IMG/VR virus record: IMGVR_UViG_3300008448_000004
Coordinates: 116,935-180,934 of that record
Strand: one strand, 5' to 3'
DNA: 64,000 nucleotides
Source: a virus
Shown: piece by piece, positions 37,474-47,201 of the stretch
Layout: each line of letters opens with the position of its first letter
Position numbering within the stretch: the first letter of the stretch is position 1
Notes under the pieces: generated by a model
The model's database searches: none
Told to the model about the DNA's origin: nothing
Seen by the model: the letters and a program-made list of their open reading frames with translations, nothing else
Made by a program: the position numbers and the translations under genes

Positions 37474-37983
37474 TTATTTAATTCCTAATTCTCTTAATTG
37501 CTTTATTGTGTCAGCAGCAGAAGTATGTTTAATACCTATACCGCCTGATTCTCTCCATTCATCAATGTTCTTACCTCTATCATCTATCAAGATAGCATTT
37601 GTATTTGCAAACTGTCTTTTTTGACTTGCTCGTCTAAGGATTAACTTCACTCCGGGGAGATTTCTTTTTACCCAAACGTATTTTCCTATCTTAGAAGATT
37701 CTTCATTTGAAGGTGCTGATAGTAGTTCGGGGTTATGAGGTTTGATATAATCCCATAGGGCTTTTCCGTCAGGCATCCATTTTAAATTTGCCCAAAATTT
37801 TATTCCTGCTTTATCTAGAGGTTCCCAAAACTTATCCATGCCGAGAGCTTCAGCCTCTCTAGGAGTCATATGTGTCAGGTCTTTATAGCCTCTGTCGAAG
37901 TCAACTAGGACTCCGTCCATATCACAGTAAATTTTATACTGCTGCTCTTCAGCTTCTTTTAATATATCTAGTAATTTAATCAT
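37474..37983 (-). CDS. HAD-family 5'(3')-deoxyribonucleotidase-like phosphatase with MIKLxxILxE leader
   Basis: [33 protein letters not shown]...GGIGI. Confidence 0.85.
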   Translation of the reverse strand: MIKLLDILKEAEEQQYKIYCDMDGVLVDFDRGYKDLTHMTPREAEALGMDKFWEPLDKAGIKFWANLKWMPDGKALWDYIKPHNPELLSAPSNEESSKIGKYVWVKRNLPGVKLILRRASQKRQFANTNAILIDDRGKNIDEWRESGGIGIKHTSAADTIKQLRELGIK

Positions 37984-38608
37984 TCCAGATTACTTCTTTA
38001 AATTTTTCAGGACCGAGACCAAAATAAGCACACTTCCAATCACTTTGCTGAAAGAAAGGTAGGCTCATCCACTCATCTCGTCTATTCCATAGACATTTTG
38101 CAGCATCATCCCAGTCTATATTTAAAACTACATTTTCAACTTTTGTCTTTACTTCTTGAACTTTAAAATAATTGAAGTCGTCCCATTCGTAATGGAATAC
38201 TTCAAATACGACTCCTTCTCTATCTACATAGTCTAAAGCAAAATCAATGCCCCACTTGCTCTTTATTCTTGTTAATTTATGAACAATTGGTAATTCTTCC
38301 GACCATTTCTTGAGCTGAATGAAAGCTTCTCCTGCATATCCTTTTCTCTCTAGTATAGCAGCATGGTTTATATGTACTCCATCCCAGAGTTGATCTGCTA
38401 CAAACCATTCCTGTGAGAGAGCTTTTTTATGTCTCCAGGTTGTTACTTTACTGTTCACTTCAGCGTAATCTTCTTCTAGTTTAGAAAAATTATAGCCGTT
38501 TGTATCGAACAGATCTAAACAGTCGTAAGATGGATTCTCGTACTTTAAAATAGGGTTACTCCACAGTGGTGTGGGGTCAAACTTAGCTTCTAGTAATTGT
38601 AGTTTCAT
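37976..38608 (-). CDS. Hypothetical protein (MKLQLLE leader)
   Basis: 210-aa aromatic-rich ORF in a coupled operon; no family recognised. Confidence 0.55.
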   Translation of the reverse strand: MKLQLLEAKFDPTPLWSNPILKYENPSYDCLDLFDTNGYNFSKLEEDYAEVNSKVTTWRHKKALSQEWFVADQLWDGVHINHAAILERKGYAGEAFIQLKKWSEELPIVHKLTRIKSKWGIDFALDYVDREGVVFEVFHYEWDDFNYFKVQEVKTKVENVVLNIDWDDAAKCLWNRRDEWMSLPFFQQSDWKCAYFGLGPEKFKEVIWND

Positions 38609-38610
38609 AG

Positions 38611-38859
38611 TTATGTTGCTGGTTCAAACCAATCGGAACACCATTTTGAAGGGTCATCAATTTTCATGACATTACTATTGTCATTCCATTTAATAAAATG
38701 CTTACTGCTACAAAGATGCTTACCATCTTCTTTAGAGTAGTATTTACATACGTGGCATCCGAAGCCTTTGCTACTTTTCATAAAAGCTTTATGATTAGAT
38801 GGAACAGCGTATGTACCGCCACCGTATTGTTCTTCTAAAAGGTCTATTAACTTAATCAT
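38611..38859 (-). CDS. Small Cys-rich protein with MIKLIDLLE leader
   Basis: CHVCKYY...C...WCSDWF. Confidence 0.55.
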   Translation of the reverse strand: MIKLIDLLEEQYGGGTYAVPSNHKAFMKSSKGFGCHVCKYYSKEDGKHLCSSKHFIKWNDNSNVMKIDDPSKWCSDWFEPAT

Positions 38860-38860
38860 T

Positions 38861-39202
38861 TTATTTACTCTTTATAATTAATTCACCTAACACTTCTATC
38901 TTACCTACTAATTTTTGAAATTCTGTCATTCCCATTTCTACGTCTTTCCCTGCTTTTTTAAGCTCTTCTAACAATTCTCCGTATTCCTTAATTCCTTCTT
39001 CTACGTCAAATTTACCTTCGTTTGCTTTTTTGTAATAAGGAAGCTTTACTACGAAGTGGTTGTAGGTTAACATAGCAGGACCGCCTTTCTCTTTAGCATT
39101 ATCAGCTATTTTTTCTGCACCATCGTGACGTTTTTGAGCGAACTCTTTAAAGCTTTCCGTATCTAATATCTCTTCTTTTAGTATGTTTATTAATTTAATC
39201 AT
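38861..39202 (-). CDS. Hypothetical protein with MIKLINILKE leader
   Basis: Leader motif followed by a helical domain (TYNHFVVKLPYY). Confidence 0.55.
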   Translation of the reverse strand: MIKLINILKEEILDTESFKEFAQKRHDGAEKIADNAKEKGGPAMLTYNHFVVKLPYYKKANEGKFDVEEGIKEYGELLEELKKAGKDVEMGMTEFQKLVGKIEVLGELIIKSK

Positions 39203-40230
39203 TGACAGTGGTAGTTTAAGTATCTCTGAAGTGCTTTTGCGTAATGTGTTCCTTTATCTTTTAATTTACCTTTTGCAGCTCTAACTCTAGAACAAGAAAG
39301 GTTACCTAATCTTTTCTTAAGAATACCAGGCTTTACAGGGTCGTGAACTCCTTCTGCAACTGCATTAATCTCTTCGTAGCTTAGGATGCCTGTTGGAGTT
39401 AGTATAATTTCATTCCATAAATGAGTTACATCCCTTTTACAAGCTGTCCAATCTCTACATATATTCTCTTCATATTCTGGAAAAGAAAATCTGAATAAGT
39501 TTGCAGCTCTATGCCCTTTATCTGTAGCAAAAGATTTTACGTCAGATTGAAATGCAGCTACTAAATGACCTTTTAGTTTAACGAGTATATTGCTTTCTGG
39601 TCTAAAGAATTTTTTAAATTGAGCAGTGAAGCAGGATATAGAGAATGTAGTTTGCGTCTGTATAGATGTAGCAATATTCTTTAATCCTTCTCTAGAAGTC
39701 CAGTGGTAAGCTACCGCTTCTATATCTGCAGAGCCGTATGTATCTACTGTAAACATTTCATCTAGTAAAACATAAGGTTCTATGTTTCCTCTAGAATAAA
39801 AAAATGCAATTTTATCATTTTCAATATTGACAAGATACTTCCCATACTCTTCTCTTATAGTCCATATTCTATGGTTTATAAAATCTTCTATAAAGTCTAG
39901 AACCATTTTCTTCGTATGCTTGTCGTATAATTCAGTTTCTATATACAGTTGGTAACTAAAGTATTTATTAACTAACTGTATTAGCCTTTTATCTCCTCCC
40001 ACTTCTCCTCCTCTTACGTCGTAACCTTGTTTTTGTAATTCTAGAAACTCTCTTGAAATATTTTCCCATTCCCGTATAGTATGAAATGCACTTTCGGGTT
40101 TAATATAGCCTCTCACTTTATACTCTGCGGCATCTTCTACGTAATACTCTTCTTCTTTCTGTAATTTAACTCTTTCGAATGAATATACAGGCGTGGCTAC
40201 CTCTTTTAATATGTCTCTGAGTTTGATCAT
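39199..40230 (-). CDS. Hypothetical protein with MIKLRDILKE leader; C-terminal half possibly ADP-ribosyltransferase-like
   Basis: AYHWTS...FSISCFT...WNEIIL order resembles the ART beta1 / S-x-S / catalytic-E layout. Confidence 0.4.
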   Translation of the reverse strand: MIKLRDILKEVATPVYSFERVKLQKEEEYYVEDAAEYKVRGYIKPESAFHTIREWENISREFLELQKQGYDVRGGEVGGDKRLIQLVNKYFSYQLYIETELYDKHTKKMVLDFIEDFINHRIWTIREEYGKYLVNIENDKIAFFYSRGNIEPYVLLDEMFTVDTYGSADIEAVAYHWTSREGLKNIATSIQTQTTFSISCFTAQFKKFFRPESNILVKLKGHLVAAFQSDVKSFATDKGHRAANLFRFSFPEYEENICRDWTACKRDVTHLWNEIILTPTGILSYEEINAVAEGVHDPVKPGILKKRLGNLSCSRVRAAKGKLKDKGTHYAKALQRYLNYHCQ

Positions 40231-41183
40231 TCGTATATCTGTGGATTTTTACGTCCGTAGTCTCTCATTATCATAGCAGCAGAAGCATTTGCTTCATTCT
40301 CAATATCACTACCTGTATCTCCTGCTCCCATTTGTAACATCCCTAATTCGTTCTGCTTATGATGTACCAGCTCGTGAGCTAGAGTTCTAAAAATATCTGC
40401 AAGGTTTCTATTACCGGTATAGACACAGAGTTCGTACGTTTCGGGATTATAATGCCCGAAGGTAAAGTTTTGCTTAGGAAAGCTTGGGTCTGAGATTGTT
40501 TCGATGCCGGGCATGTTATCTACCTCTAATAAATCACAGCAGTGTTTTATAAATTTCTGTATCTCTAAATCTCTAGGATTCTCTAAACCTGCTTCGTAGC
40601 TTTCTTTAATAGTAGCTGCTAGCATTTTAAATAGCTGTTGAGATTTACCTTTAGCGTTGACTGCTTCAGGTACACATTCTTTAAATTTATCGTAATTACC
40701 TGTCCTCAATGCTTCACGCATTGTTGTAGCTGATATTCTTTCAAACTTTTCCTCTACAGGAATGGTAAGTATTTGATCTCCAAAACGTTTCTGTAGAGAT
40801 TTAAAATAGTTTTGATCTTCTACTTCGTCTTTAGCTCCGGCTAGATAGATTGGTTTTTGTTGAGGTCTTGCTTCTATAAATTTATAAGCATAGGTTACCG
40901 GGCTAGGGTATGGGGATATCTCAACACTTGCTTTCGGAATAGGGTTACACTCTAAATAAGTTTCCCAAGTCTTTAAGCTTTGTTGTGCTGTTATACCGTC
41001 TCTTTCTTTTTGACTAATTACTATATATACCTGATCTATGTATCCTCTAGAGGCTAGGTCTTTAACGACTTCAAAATGGCCTTTATGTGGAGGTTTGAAT
41101 CCTCCGGGATATATGCAAGGTCCTAGCTCATAAGTTACATCTTCTACAATGCTCTTAGCTAGATTAAACGCCGTTAAATTCAT
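40227..41183 (-). CDS. HIGH-motif nucleotidyltransferase (cytidylyltransferase/NMNAT-like) fused to a HExxH zincin domain
   Basis: YPGGFKPPHKGH, ISATTMREAL; C-terminal RTLAHELVHHKQ...IENEANA. Confidence 0.75.
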   Translation of the reverse strand: MNLTAFNLAKSIVEDVTYELGPCIYPGGFKPPHKGHFEVVKDLASRGYIDQVYIVISQKERDGITAQQSLKTWETYLECNPIPKASVEISPYPSPVTYAYKFIEARPQQKPIYLAGAKDEVEDQNYFKSLQKRFGDQILTIPVEEKFERISATTMREALRTGNYDKFKECVPEAVNAKGKSQQLFKMLAATIKESYEAGLENPRDLEIQKFIKHCCDLLEVDNMPGIETISDPSFPKQNFTFGHYNPETYELCVYTGNRNLADIFRTLAHELVHHKQNELGMLQMGAGDTGSDIENEANASAAMIMRDYGRKNPQIYE

Positions 41184-41941
41184 TTCTTTATATTTAAAAA
41201 CGTTTTTATTTTCGAATCTAGTTCATCAAAAGCTGTAAAATCGTTCTGGTTTACTTTATCTATCATACCTTGAAACTCTCTCTCAAGAACTGTTTTTTGT
41301 TCTGGAGATAATTCTTGGTAATTTGGGTTGATTTTAAAGAACTGTTCTACTTTATCTGCAGAAAAGGTATCTGGTCCGCCATCTGGGTCATTGTTATTGA
41401 CAATGGCAAATTTGGAATCTCCAAAAGTTTGCTTATAATGGTCAATGTTATTAGTAACATCCTTCCAGCTGCGAAGCACGATAGACGGTTTTAAGCTTCT
41501 ATCTCTTAAAGTATTACGCCTTAAAGTTGTCATCGGAGAAGCATAAACCATCACCATCATTACATCGTATCCTGCATTCTCTAGTTCATTTTTCTTCTTA
41601 GTAGTTGTATTCTTACTACCTCCTGTAACGTCCATTATAACAGGTCTTCCTCTGAGAACAGCTTCTTTATAATCCTCTTTAGTCTTTATCTGAGCTTTTT
41701 GCATAGCTTTAGATGCTTGACTGAGCTGATCTGATGTGAATGCTCCTTGATTCATACTTCCACCGCCTATTTTTTCTAATTCTGGCTCGAAGTACTTATC
41801 TGGGTTTAGGACGTATTCTTGGAATTCAGATGGAATGTAGTTTTTAATAATAGTACTTTTACCGGATCCTGCCGGTCCTGCAAATAGTATAGCTCTTTTA
41901 TTTTTAGCTACCTCGTATAAAATGGTTCCGAGTTTTATCAT
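41180..41941 (-). CDS. P-loop kinase (AAA_33 / zeta-toxin / Pnk-kinase-like) with MIKLGTILYE leader
   Basis: AGPAGSGKST, LNPDKY, IMDVTG, lid LRRNTLRDR. Confidence 0.8.
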   Translation of the reverse strand: MIKLGTILYEVAKNKRAILFAGPAGSGKSTIIKNYIPSEFQEYVLNPDKYFEPELEKIGGGSMNQGAFTSDQLSQASKAMQKAQIKTKEDYKEAVLRGRPVIMDVTGGSKNTTTKKKNELENAGYDVMMVMVYASPMTTLRRNTLRDRSLKPSIVLRSWKDVTNNIDHYKQTFGDSKFAIVNNNDPDGGPDTFSADKVEQFFKINPNYQELSPEQKTVLEREFQGMIDKVNQNDFTAFDELDSKIKTFLNIKK

Positions 41942-41957
41942 AAGACAGTATTCTCAT

Positions 41958-41965
41958 AATAAATA
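41958..41965 (-). promoter_or_regulatory. Late-type motif TATTTATT heading the MIKL-leader operon
   Basis: 16 nt upstream of ATG 41941. Confidence 0.55.
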
Positions 41966-41966
41966 G

Positions 41967-42764
41967 TTAGTTCTCGAGCTTAATAACATTTGGTAGTAGT
42001 TCTGTTGCAGGAACTAATTCCTCATTTTCAAGTTCAAATAGTTTATAAGCTAATTTAAAAAGCTCAAAATCTTCAGCTAGAGTTTTACCGGATTCTTTTA
42101 ACTCCCATCCATCTCCTTGTAACTTTTTGCCTTGCTTGTCCGGTCCTCGCTTTGTGGATTTTAGCCAAAGTATTCCGCGTCTGTGTATCTCCATATTGTG
42201 TGTTTCGTTCCAAGCCGTCGCATAGGCTGCGGTTTGCAAATCGTAACTTCTATGTAAGCTATTGGAAGTTTTAATATCGATCAACCAATTTTCTTCCCCT
42301 ATTTGACATACTATATCTCCAGTACCTGCAAATTTATAAGCATCTGAGAATAAGTGGCATTCACTCGCAATCAAGACTGGTTTATGCGTGTTCCAAAAAT
42401 CAGCAAATTTACCAATCATTCTCCAAACATCCGTTGGATAGTTAATATGTCCGTTTTCATCAATCCATCTAATCTCTTCTCCTGATAGGTATCTCTCAAT
42501 AGCAGTGTGTACTTGAGTTCCTTCGTCTCCTGCTTTTCTCATTATGATGTCTGCGTTATGTCCGACATCTTTCATCCATGTCTCAAAAAATTTATTCTTA
42601 GGGAAGTAAGACAGTACGTAGGTTACGGATGGGTAAAATACTCCTGCGTCTCTTTGATAATACCTCTGGTCGTGCAGGGTTATTTGTTTGGCGTGAGGAC
42701 TTACCTCTACCACTCTTCTTACAGCCGGATGGTAGTAAGCGTTTTGTCCTTTTTGAATGCTCAT
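41967..42764 (-). CDS. PD-(D/E)XK exonuclease (RecB/Cas4-like)
   Basis: YPSVTYVL, GTQVH, FAGTGD...IDIKTS, QTAAY. Confidence 0.85.
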   Translation of the reverse strand: MSIQKGQNAYYHPAVRRVVEVSPHAKQITLHDQRYYQRDAGVFYPSVTYVLSYFPKNKFFETWMKDVGHNADIIMRKAGDEGTQVHTAIERYLSGEEIRWIDENGHINYPTDVWRMIGKFADFWNTHKPVLIASECHLFSDAYKFAGTGDIVCQIGEENWLIDIKTSNSLHRSYDLQTAAYATAWNETHNMEIHRRGILWLKSTKRGPDKQGKKLQGDGWELKESGKTLAEDFELFKLAYKLFELENEELVPATELLPNVIKLEN

Positions 42765-43705
42765 GTTAATTGTAATTTTTTTGATAATATGGTTCGGAAG
42801 GTTAAGGGTGTAGCTTTATGAAGCTGTTGTGTAAATTTTGTAAATCCTAATTCACTAGGATCTTTATCTTCTAATTCAATTAAGTAAACTTCTTTACCTA
42901 GATCTAAGAGCTCTTGTGCGTACTTTAGCGTAAGTTTTAAAACATCGTTATCTAAAGCTAAGTAGACAGTCTTAACTTGTATTTCGTTTAGCTTGGCTTT
43001 TAAAGCAGTTGGTATTAACTTACCAAAAAGAGGAATAGCATTTCGTTTAGCTGCTATAGCATCGAAAGCTCCTTCGCAGAGTATTACCGGAACATTCCAG
43101 TTAATTAAATTTTCGAATCCGATAATCTCGTTTTTATTACAAATCGGAGCATCGTATTTTCGAGCAGGGTCTTTTTCAAAAGAACGAGCTATAAAGTAAT
43201 TTATAAGTCCGTCTTTACTGTAGGAAGGGATTATAATTTTATTAGCATATTTACCTTTTTCACAGTACCCTATATTATATTTACAGATATCTTCTAAAGT
43301 TATACCGCGGGATGTAATGTAGTGTATAGCCTGTCTGTAAGTGTGACTAGCTTCATTTTCCTTATACAGAGGTATAAACTCTCTAGGTAATGCTAGAATT
43401 CGTTTATCCGTTGATTTCTCTTGATTCTCCCCACTCTCTCCGCGGGTGTATGTCCTTAGTTCAAATAATTTTTCACTTGGAGCTTTTAGTCTTTTAAAGA
43501 GAGATTCAAGGCTTTTTCCTTTTATATCACACACCCAGCAATGCCAGGGATTTTCACCTTTGCCTGTTAGAGCGACATTAACTTCTAGTTTAGGTTTTCT
43601 ATGGTTACAGAAAGGACAGTGGTAGGCATAGTTGTCCTTAGAGGTTTTTTTACCTTTACCTAAAACAGTTTCAAGGAGTCCTATAAGCAGTCTCTTATTT
43701 TCCAT
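42761..43705 (-). CDS. dnaG: DNA primase (zinc finger + TOPRIM)
   Basis: CPFCNH...HCWVC; YITSRGI; LCEGAFDA; LALDND. Confidence 0.9.
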   Translation of the reverse strand: MENKRLLIGLLETVLGKGKKTSKDNYAYHCPFCNHRKPKLEVNVALTGKGENPWHCWVCDIKGKSLESLFKRLKAPSEKLFELRTYTRGESGENQEKSTDKRILALPREFIPLYKENEASHTYRQAIHYITSRGITLEDICKYNIGYCEKGKYANKIIIPSYSKDGLINYFIARSFEKDPARKYDAPICNKNEIIGFENLINWNVPVILCEGAFDAIAAKRNAIPLFGKLIPTALKAKLNEIQVKTVYLALDNDVLKLTLKYAQELLDLGKEVYLIELEDKDPSELGFTKFTQQLHKATPLTFRTILSKKLQLT

Positions 43706-43708
43706 TCT

Positions 43709-43740
43709 ATAATATAACCATTTTATTTGCCAGAATCTAC
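43709..43740 (-). promoter_or_regulatory. Possible early/host-type promoter upstream of primase
   Basis: Minus strand GTAG-N20-TATATTAT, same spacing as the 32980-33010 element but a weaker match. Confidence 0.3.
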
Positions 43741-43743
43741 TCT

Positions 43744-45429
43744 TTAGTGTTCCTTACGTTCACCAGGACCGTAGTGGTCAAATCTGTGATGTTCTGTAGG
43801 ACTTGCTAGGAGTATTCCGGGTTTAATGTTACCTTTTATAATCTCTTGATGTACAAAGCTCATCCAAGTCTGTTCATAAGGGTATTGCCATTTTGTATCT
43901 AGAAAGACTTTCTTATTTCCTTCTTGACTCATTATCTGAGGCCAGTTACAGTAGTAAATCTCTCCATCAGCGTAGCTTAGGTTAGCATAGTTTTTAATGC
44001 TATTGAACTTAGTACGAGGAGCATTTTTAGATTGACCAGAGACGGGTAATGTGCAGTTGTTAGGCCATAGTTCTTCCCTAACGTGTTGAGGTACATTATA
44101 CCAGGACCATTGTGTGGAGTTATCTCCAAAAAATTCAGAGTAGTTAAACTTAAGGTAATCAAAATTTTCCTTCTTTGTTATCTCAACTACCTTGTTAAAG
44201 AGGTCTGTTATCTTCCTTTGAAACCCGTTTCTACATACAGCTTCAGATCCTTCATAGAATACCATATCGTCTTCGTAGAAGATACAGTACTTATAACTGG
44301 TTTGAGCAAAATGTTCTGCAATAAATTGTCTACCTCCGCAGATGCCTATATTATCTTTTTTAATTTCTTCAAAATCGTATTGATCGCAGAGCATTGAATA
44401 CTCTATATCTGTATCTTTATTAGTTGAATTGTTTAATAGGTATTTTTTTGTCTTAGCTAAAAAATTATTGTCATACTTACTAAACGATTCGCAGAGTTTT
44501 TCAAACTGTTTAGGAGAGTTATAGGTTATTACGTAGAGAGCAACTTCTCTATCATCGACAGCTGGTTTATATCCTTTTAGTTTTTCAAAGAAAGGCCATA
44601 CTAACCCGTTACCTTCCAGTTCAAACCTATGCACCATTTCTGGATATATATGGGAGATTATTGTGAAGATGCTTTCTTCGGTTCCCATAAGTCCTTCTTT
44701 CAAGCTAGTGCTAAGAAATCCGTAGTATACGCTACTTATTTCATTTAACACGTCTTTTCTTCCGCCAAAAAATCCACCTCTATTTACATACTCTACGTAA
44801 TCTGTTTGACAGTAGCGAGCAATCTGCTCTCTAGGAAAGCCATGAATCTCAGTTCCGCCGATGTACGGGTAAGATAAAAAAATAAAGTTACCGTGTATAT
44901 TACAGTAGTTAGGTAAATTATCGAATACTTTATCGTGGTAGAAGTACCCCGGATGTACGGTGCTTGTTATTCCTGCATCAATCCAGAAAAAATATTCTGA
45001 ATTGAAAGGATTAAAGAAGCTAGCGTCGTTTAGTAAGAACATCTTACTCATCACAACTGGGTTATACATCTCTAATGTAGCTTGGGGAGAATCTGCTAAC
45101 CATGCAGCTTGCTCAACCCATCCTGGTTTTTGACGGAGATTGTTTGTTATCTCAGTAAATTCAAACCAAGTTTTCATTTGATCTAAAGAGCGAACCATTA
45201 CGGTTGTGTTGTGCTTTTCTCGATGCTGCCATACAAACTCTTCATCTTCCGGTGCAACGAATATAAACATATTAGCATCAGTTCGCATAAGATCCGCGAA
45301 GCGCTGTAAGTAGTGGTCATAACCTCGTCTAAAGCCTTCACTAATTTCTCCCCTGCCTAAATTCCAGAGAGCTGTCACTATTGTAACTCTATTATTCATA
45401 AAATTAAATTTCTCAATTTTGTCTTCCAA
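43744..45429 (-). CDS. Bifunctional glycosyltransferase: HtrL/YibB-like N-terminal domain plus GT-A C-terminal domain
   Basis: TIVTALWNLGR...YNPVVMSK...NPFNSEYFFWIDAG; second domain VITYNSP...NIGICGGRQ...FYEDD. Confidence 0.75.
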   Translation of the reverse strand: MEDKIEKFNFMNNRVTIVTALWNLGRGEISEGFRRGYDHYLQRFADLMRTDANMFIFVAPEDEEFVWQHREKHNTTVMVRSLDQMKTWFEFTEITNNLRQKPGWVEQAAWLADSPQATLEMYNPVVMSKMFLLNDASFFNPFNSEYFFWIDAGITSTVHPGYFYHDKVFDNLPNYCNIHGNFIFLSYPYIGGTEIHGFPREQIARYCQTDYVEYVNRGGFFGGRKDVLNEISSVYYGFLSTSLKEGLMGTEESIFTIISHIYPEMVHRFELEGNGLVWPFFEKLKGYKPAVDDREVALYVITYNSPKQFEKLCESFSKYDNNFLAKTKKYLLNNSTNKDTDIEYSMLCDQYDFEEIKKDNIGICGGRQFIAEHFAQTSYKYCIFYEDDMVFYEGSEAVCRNGFQRKITDLFNKVVEITKKENFDYLKFNYSEFFGDNSTQWSWYNVPQHVREELWPNNCTLPVSGQSKNAPRTKFNSIKNYANLSYADGEIYYCNWPQIMSQEGNKKVFLDTKWQYPYEQTWMSFVHQEIIKGNIKPGILLASPTEHHRFDHYGPGERKEH

Positions 45430-46313
45430 TCTACGTGGTGTATATTATGTGCTATTCCATAGCTAAGATAAGAAGAATGAAAAGTATTGTAGGTTAATAT
45501 CTGATCGCAGTACTTAAACATAGCCATTTCTGCTGCGGTTTCTTGAGCATGCTCTATAAAATCTGAAACTGATCTTGTGTGAGCGTTTTTGTAACTGTAA
45601 CTGTAGTAAGACGGTATGTCGTGAGTAAAGCGATTTTGAAAAGTGTTAGGGTACTCCGCAGTTATTGTATCAACAAAAAGTCTATTATTAGAACAGATCA
45701 TTATGTCTTGTTCCATGTTTTCTACTATAAACTCTTTTATTTTCCGGATAGGTGCTATATATGCTGGTATTCTATTTAACTCTTCGTAGGTATTCCCTAT
45801 GTGTATATCCTGTATTCTGAAATGTACTCCTTTTATTTTAGTCTTATTATCTCGGAATAGTTCAACTTTATTCAGAACTTCCTGGCTTAGGAATTGCTTA
45901 GATGTATCGAAAAACCAATCGTATTTATGTTCTACTACAGTCTTACGGTAGAACCAAGAGTAGCTATATATCTGCGCTTGGTAGTTTTCTAACTCCGGTG
46001 TAATTTCCGATACGTAAATCCTAATAGAATTTTGAAGCTGTGGTAGTAATTTATACCTCTCAATTAATAGAGGTTCTTTTCCGTAAGAGGTATTTCCTTC
46101 AAAGCAGCTCTGGTCAAATAAACAGTCTAATGGTAGGTCTGAGGGGAAATACTGATTCAACACATCCCAGGTTACCTCTACTTCATAGCCAAGTGTTTTT
46201 AAGTCTTGATATATCTGGCAGCCAGAAAGCATACTGGTGTATTGATCGCCTATTCCTGAAATGCATTGTAGTACTATATATGCTTTCATCAGTTTTCTAA
46301 AATTTCTTCCCAA
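45396..46313 (-). CDS. GT-B fucosyltransferase-like protein (NodZ/GT23/O-FucT clan)
   Basis: SGIGDQ, GVHFRIQD, ICSNN, AEMAMFKYCD...SSYL. Confidence 0.6.
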   Translation of the reverse strand: MGRNFRKLMKAYIVLQCISGIGDQYTSMLSGCQIYQDLKTLGYEVEVTWDVLNQYFPSDLPLDCLFDQSCFEGNTSYGKEPLLIERYKLLPQLQNSIRIYVSEITPELENYQAQIYSYSWFYRKTVVEHKYDWFFDTSKQFLSQEVLNKVELFRDNKTKIKGVHFRIQDIHIGNTYEELNRIPAYIAPIRKIKEFIVENMEQDIMICSNNRLFVDTITAEYPNTFQNRFTHDIPSYYSYSYKNAHTRSVSDFIEHAQETAAEMAMFKYCDQILTYNTFHSSYLSYGIAHNIHHVDWKTKLRNLIL

Positions 46314-47197
46314 ATACGAAAGATAGGTTTAGGTAGGCCTAGAGATGAATCCCATACTTTATAATGAAAAGTGTCTACATCAATACCGGTCTGGTGAGTT
46401 TCAAATACGTGTAGTTGTAATTTAGAAGGCTCTATTGTATCTGTAACATACTTCATTATAGCTTGTTCAAAACACAATATACCTGCTTCAATATGTTTAT
46501 TTACACCTTGTGTGAATAAGTCACAATACTCACGCACAACTTCTTTAGCACCGCCGAAAAATCCGGCGATTGGATAATTTCCCGGCTTAGGAGAATAGTC
46601 TTGGAAAGAATGATATCCATCTTGTGGATTAGTACCCACCAGTGTTACGAACTTCCCGTCAGATTTTTGGGTAAGTTTATCAAGCATTTCTCGATTAAAC
46701 ACCAACGTAAAGTTGTACTGTTTGTAAGGATGCTGGTGGAGATCTGGTGCGTCTTTATCGGGGCAATGTCTGTAGGGGAATATCTGATTTGATTGAAGTC
46801 CTGCATCAACCCAGTAAACATAGTCTACGTCGTCGGTACACTCTTCTTTCATCACATCAAACTTGCCCCACATAACTTCTGGCGGTCTTCCGCTTAAGCA
46901 GAATCTTTCTATTTCTTCCTGTGTTTTATTATCTTGTAGTCCTCTAATTTGTCTTGAGTATTTTATCTCTGAAAGCTCTTTTACTTTTATCTCTAGATTT
47001 GTAAGGTTGTACTCCTCCTTAATTGTCTGAAGCTCGTTTAGATTTCTGGCGTGAGTATAACATACTACCGGGTATTGAAATCCACGGCAATGGCTAATTA
47101 TAGAGCCTAGGTATCTAGATTTCCTTGCTGGCATAGCTCCGGTATATCCTTTCTCAACAATATCCATCCAGTATCCTGTTACTAGTTTTGTTCTCAT
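46289..47197 (-). CDS. HtrL/YibB-like glycosyltransferase
   Basis: KLVTGYW, VMWGKF, YVYWVDAGL, IAGFFGG, FEQAIM; paralogous to the N-terminal domain at 43744..45429. Confidence 0.65.
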   Translation of the reverse strand: MRTKLVTGYWMDIVEKGYTGAMPARKSRYLGSIISHCRGFQYPVVCYTHARNLNELQTIKEEYNLTNLEIKVKELSEIKYSRQIRGLQDNKTQEEIERFCLSGRPPEVMWGKFDVMKEECTDDVDYVYWVDAGLQSNQIFPYRHCPDKDAPDLHQHPYKQYNFTLVFNREMLDKLTQKSDGKFVTLVGTNPQDGYHSFQDYSPKPGNYPIAGFFGGAKEVVREYCDLFTQGVNKHIEAGILCFEQAIMKYVTDTIEPSKLQLHVFETHQTGIDVDTFHYKVWDSSLGLPKPIFRIWEEILEN

Positions 47198-47201
47198 AAA
47201 T

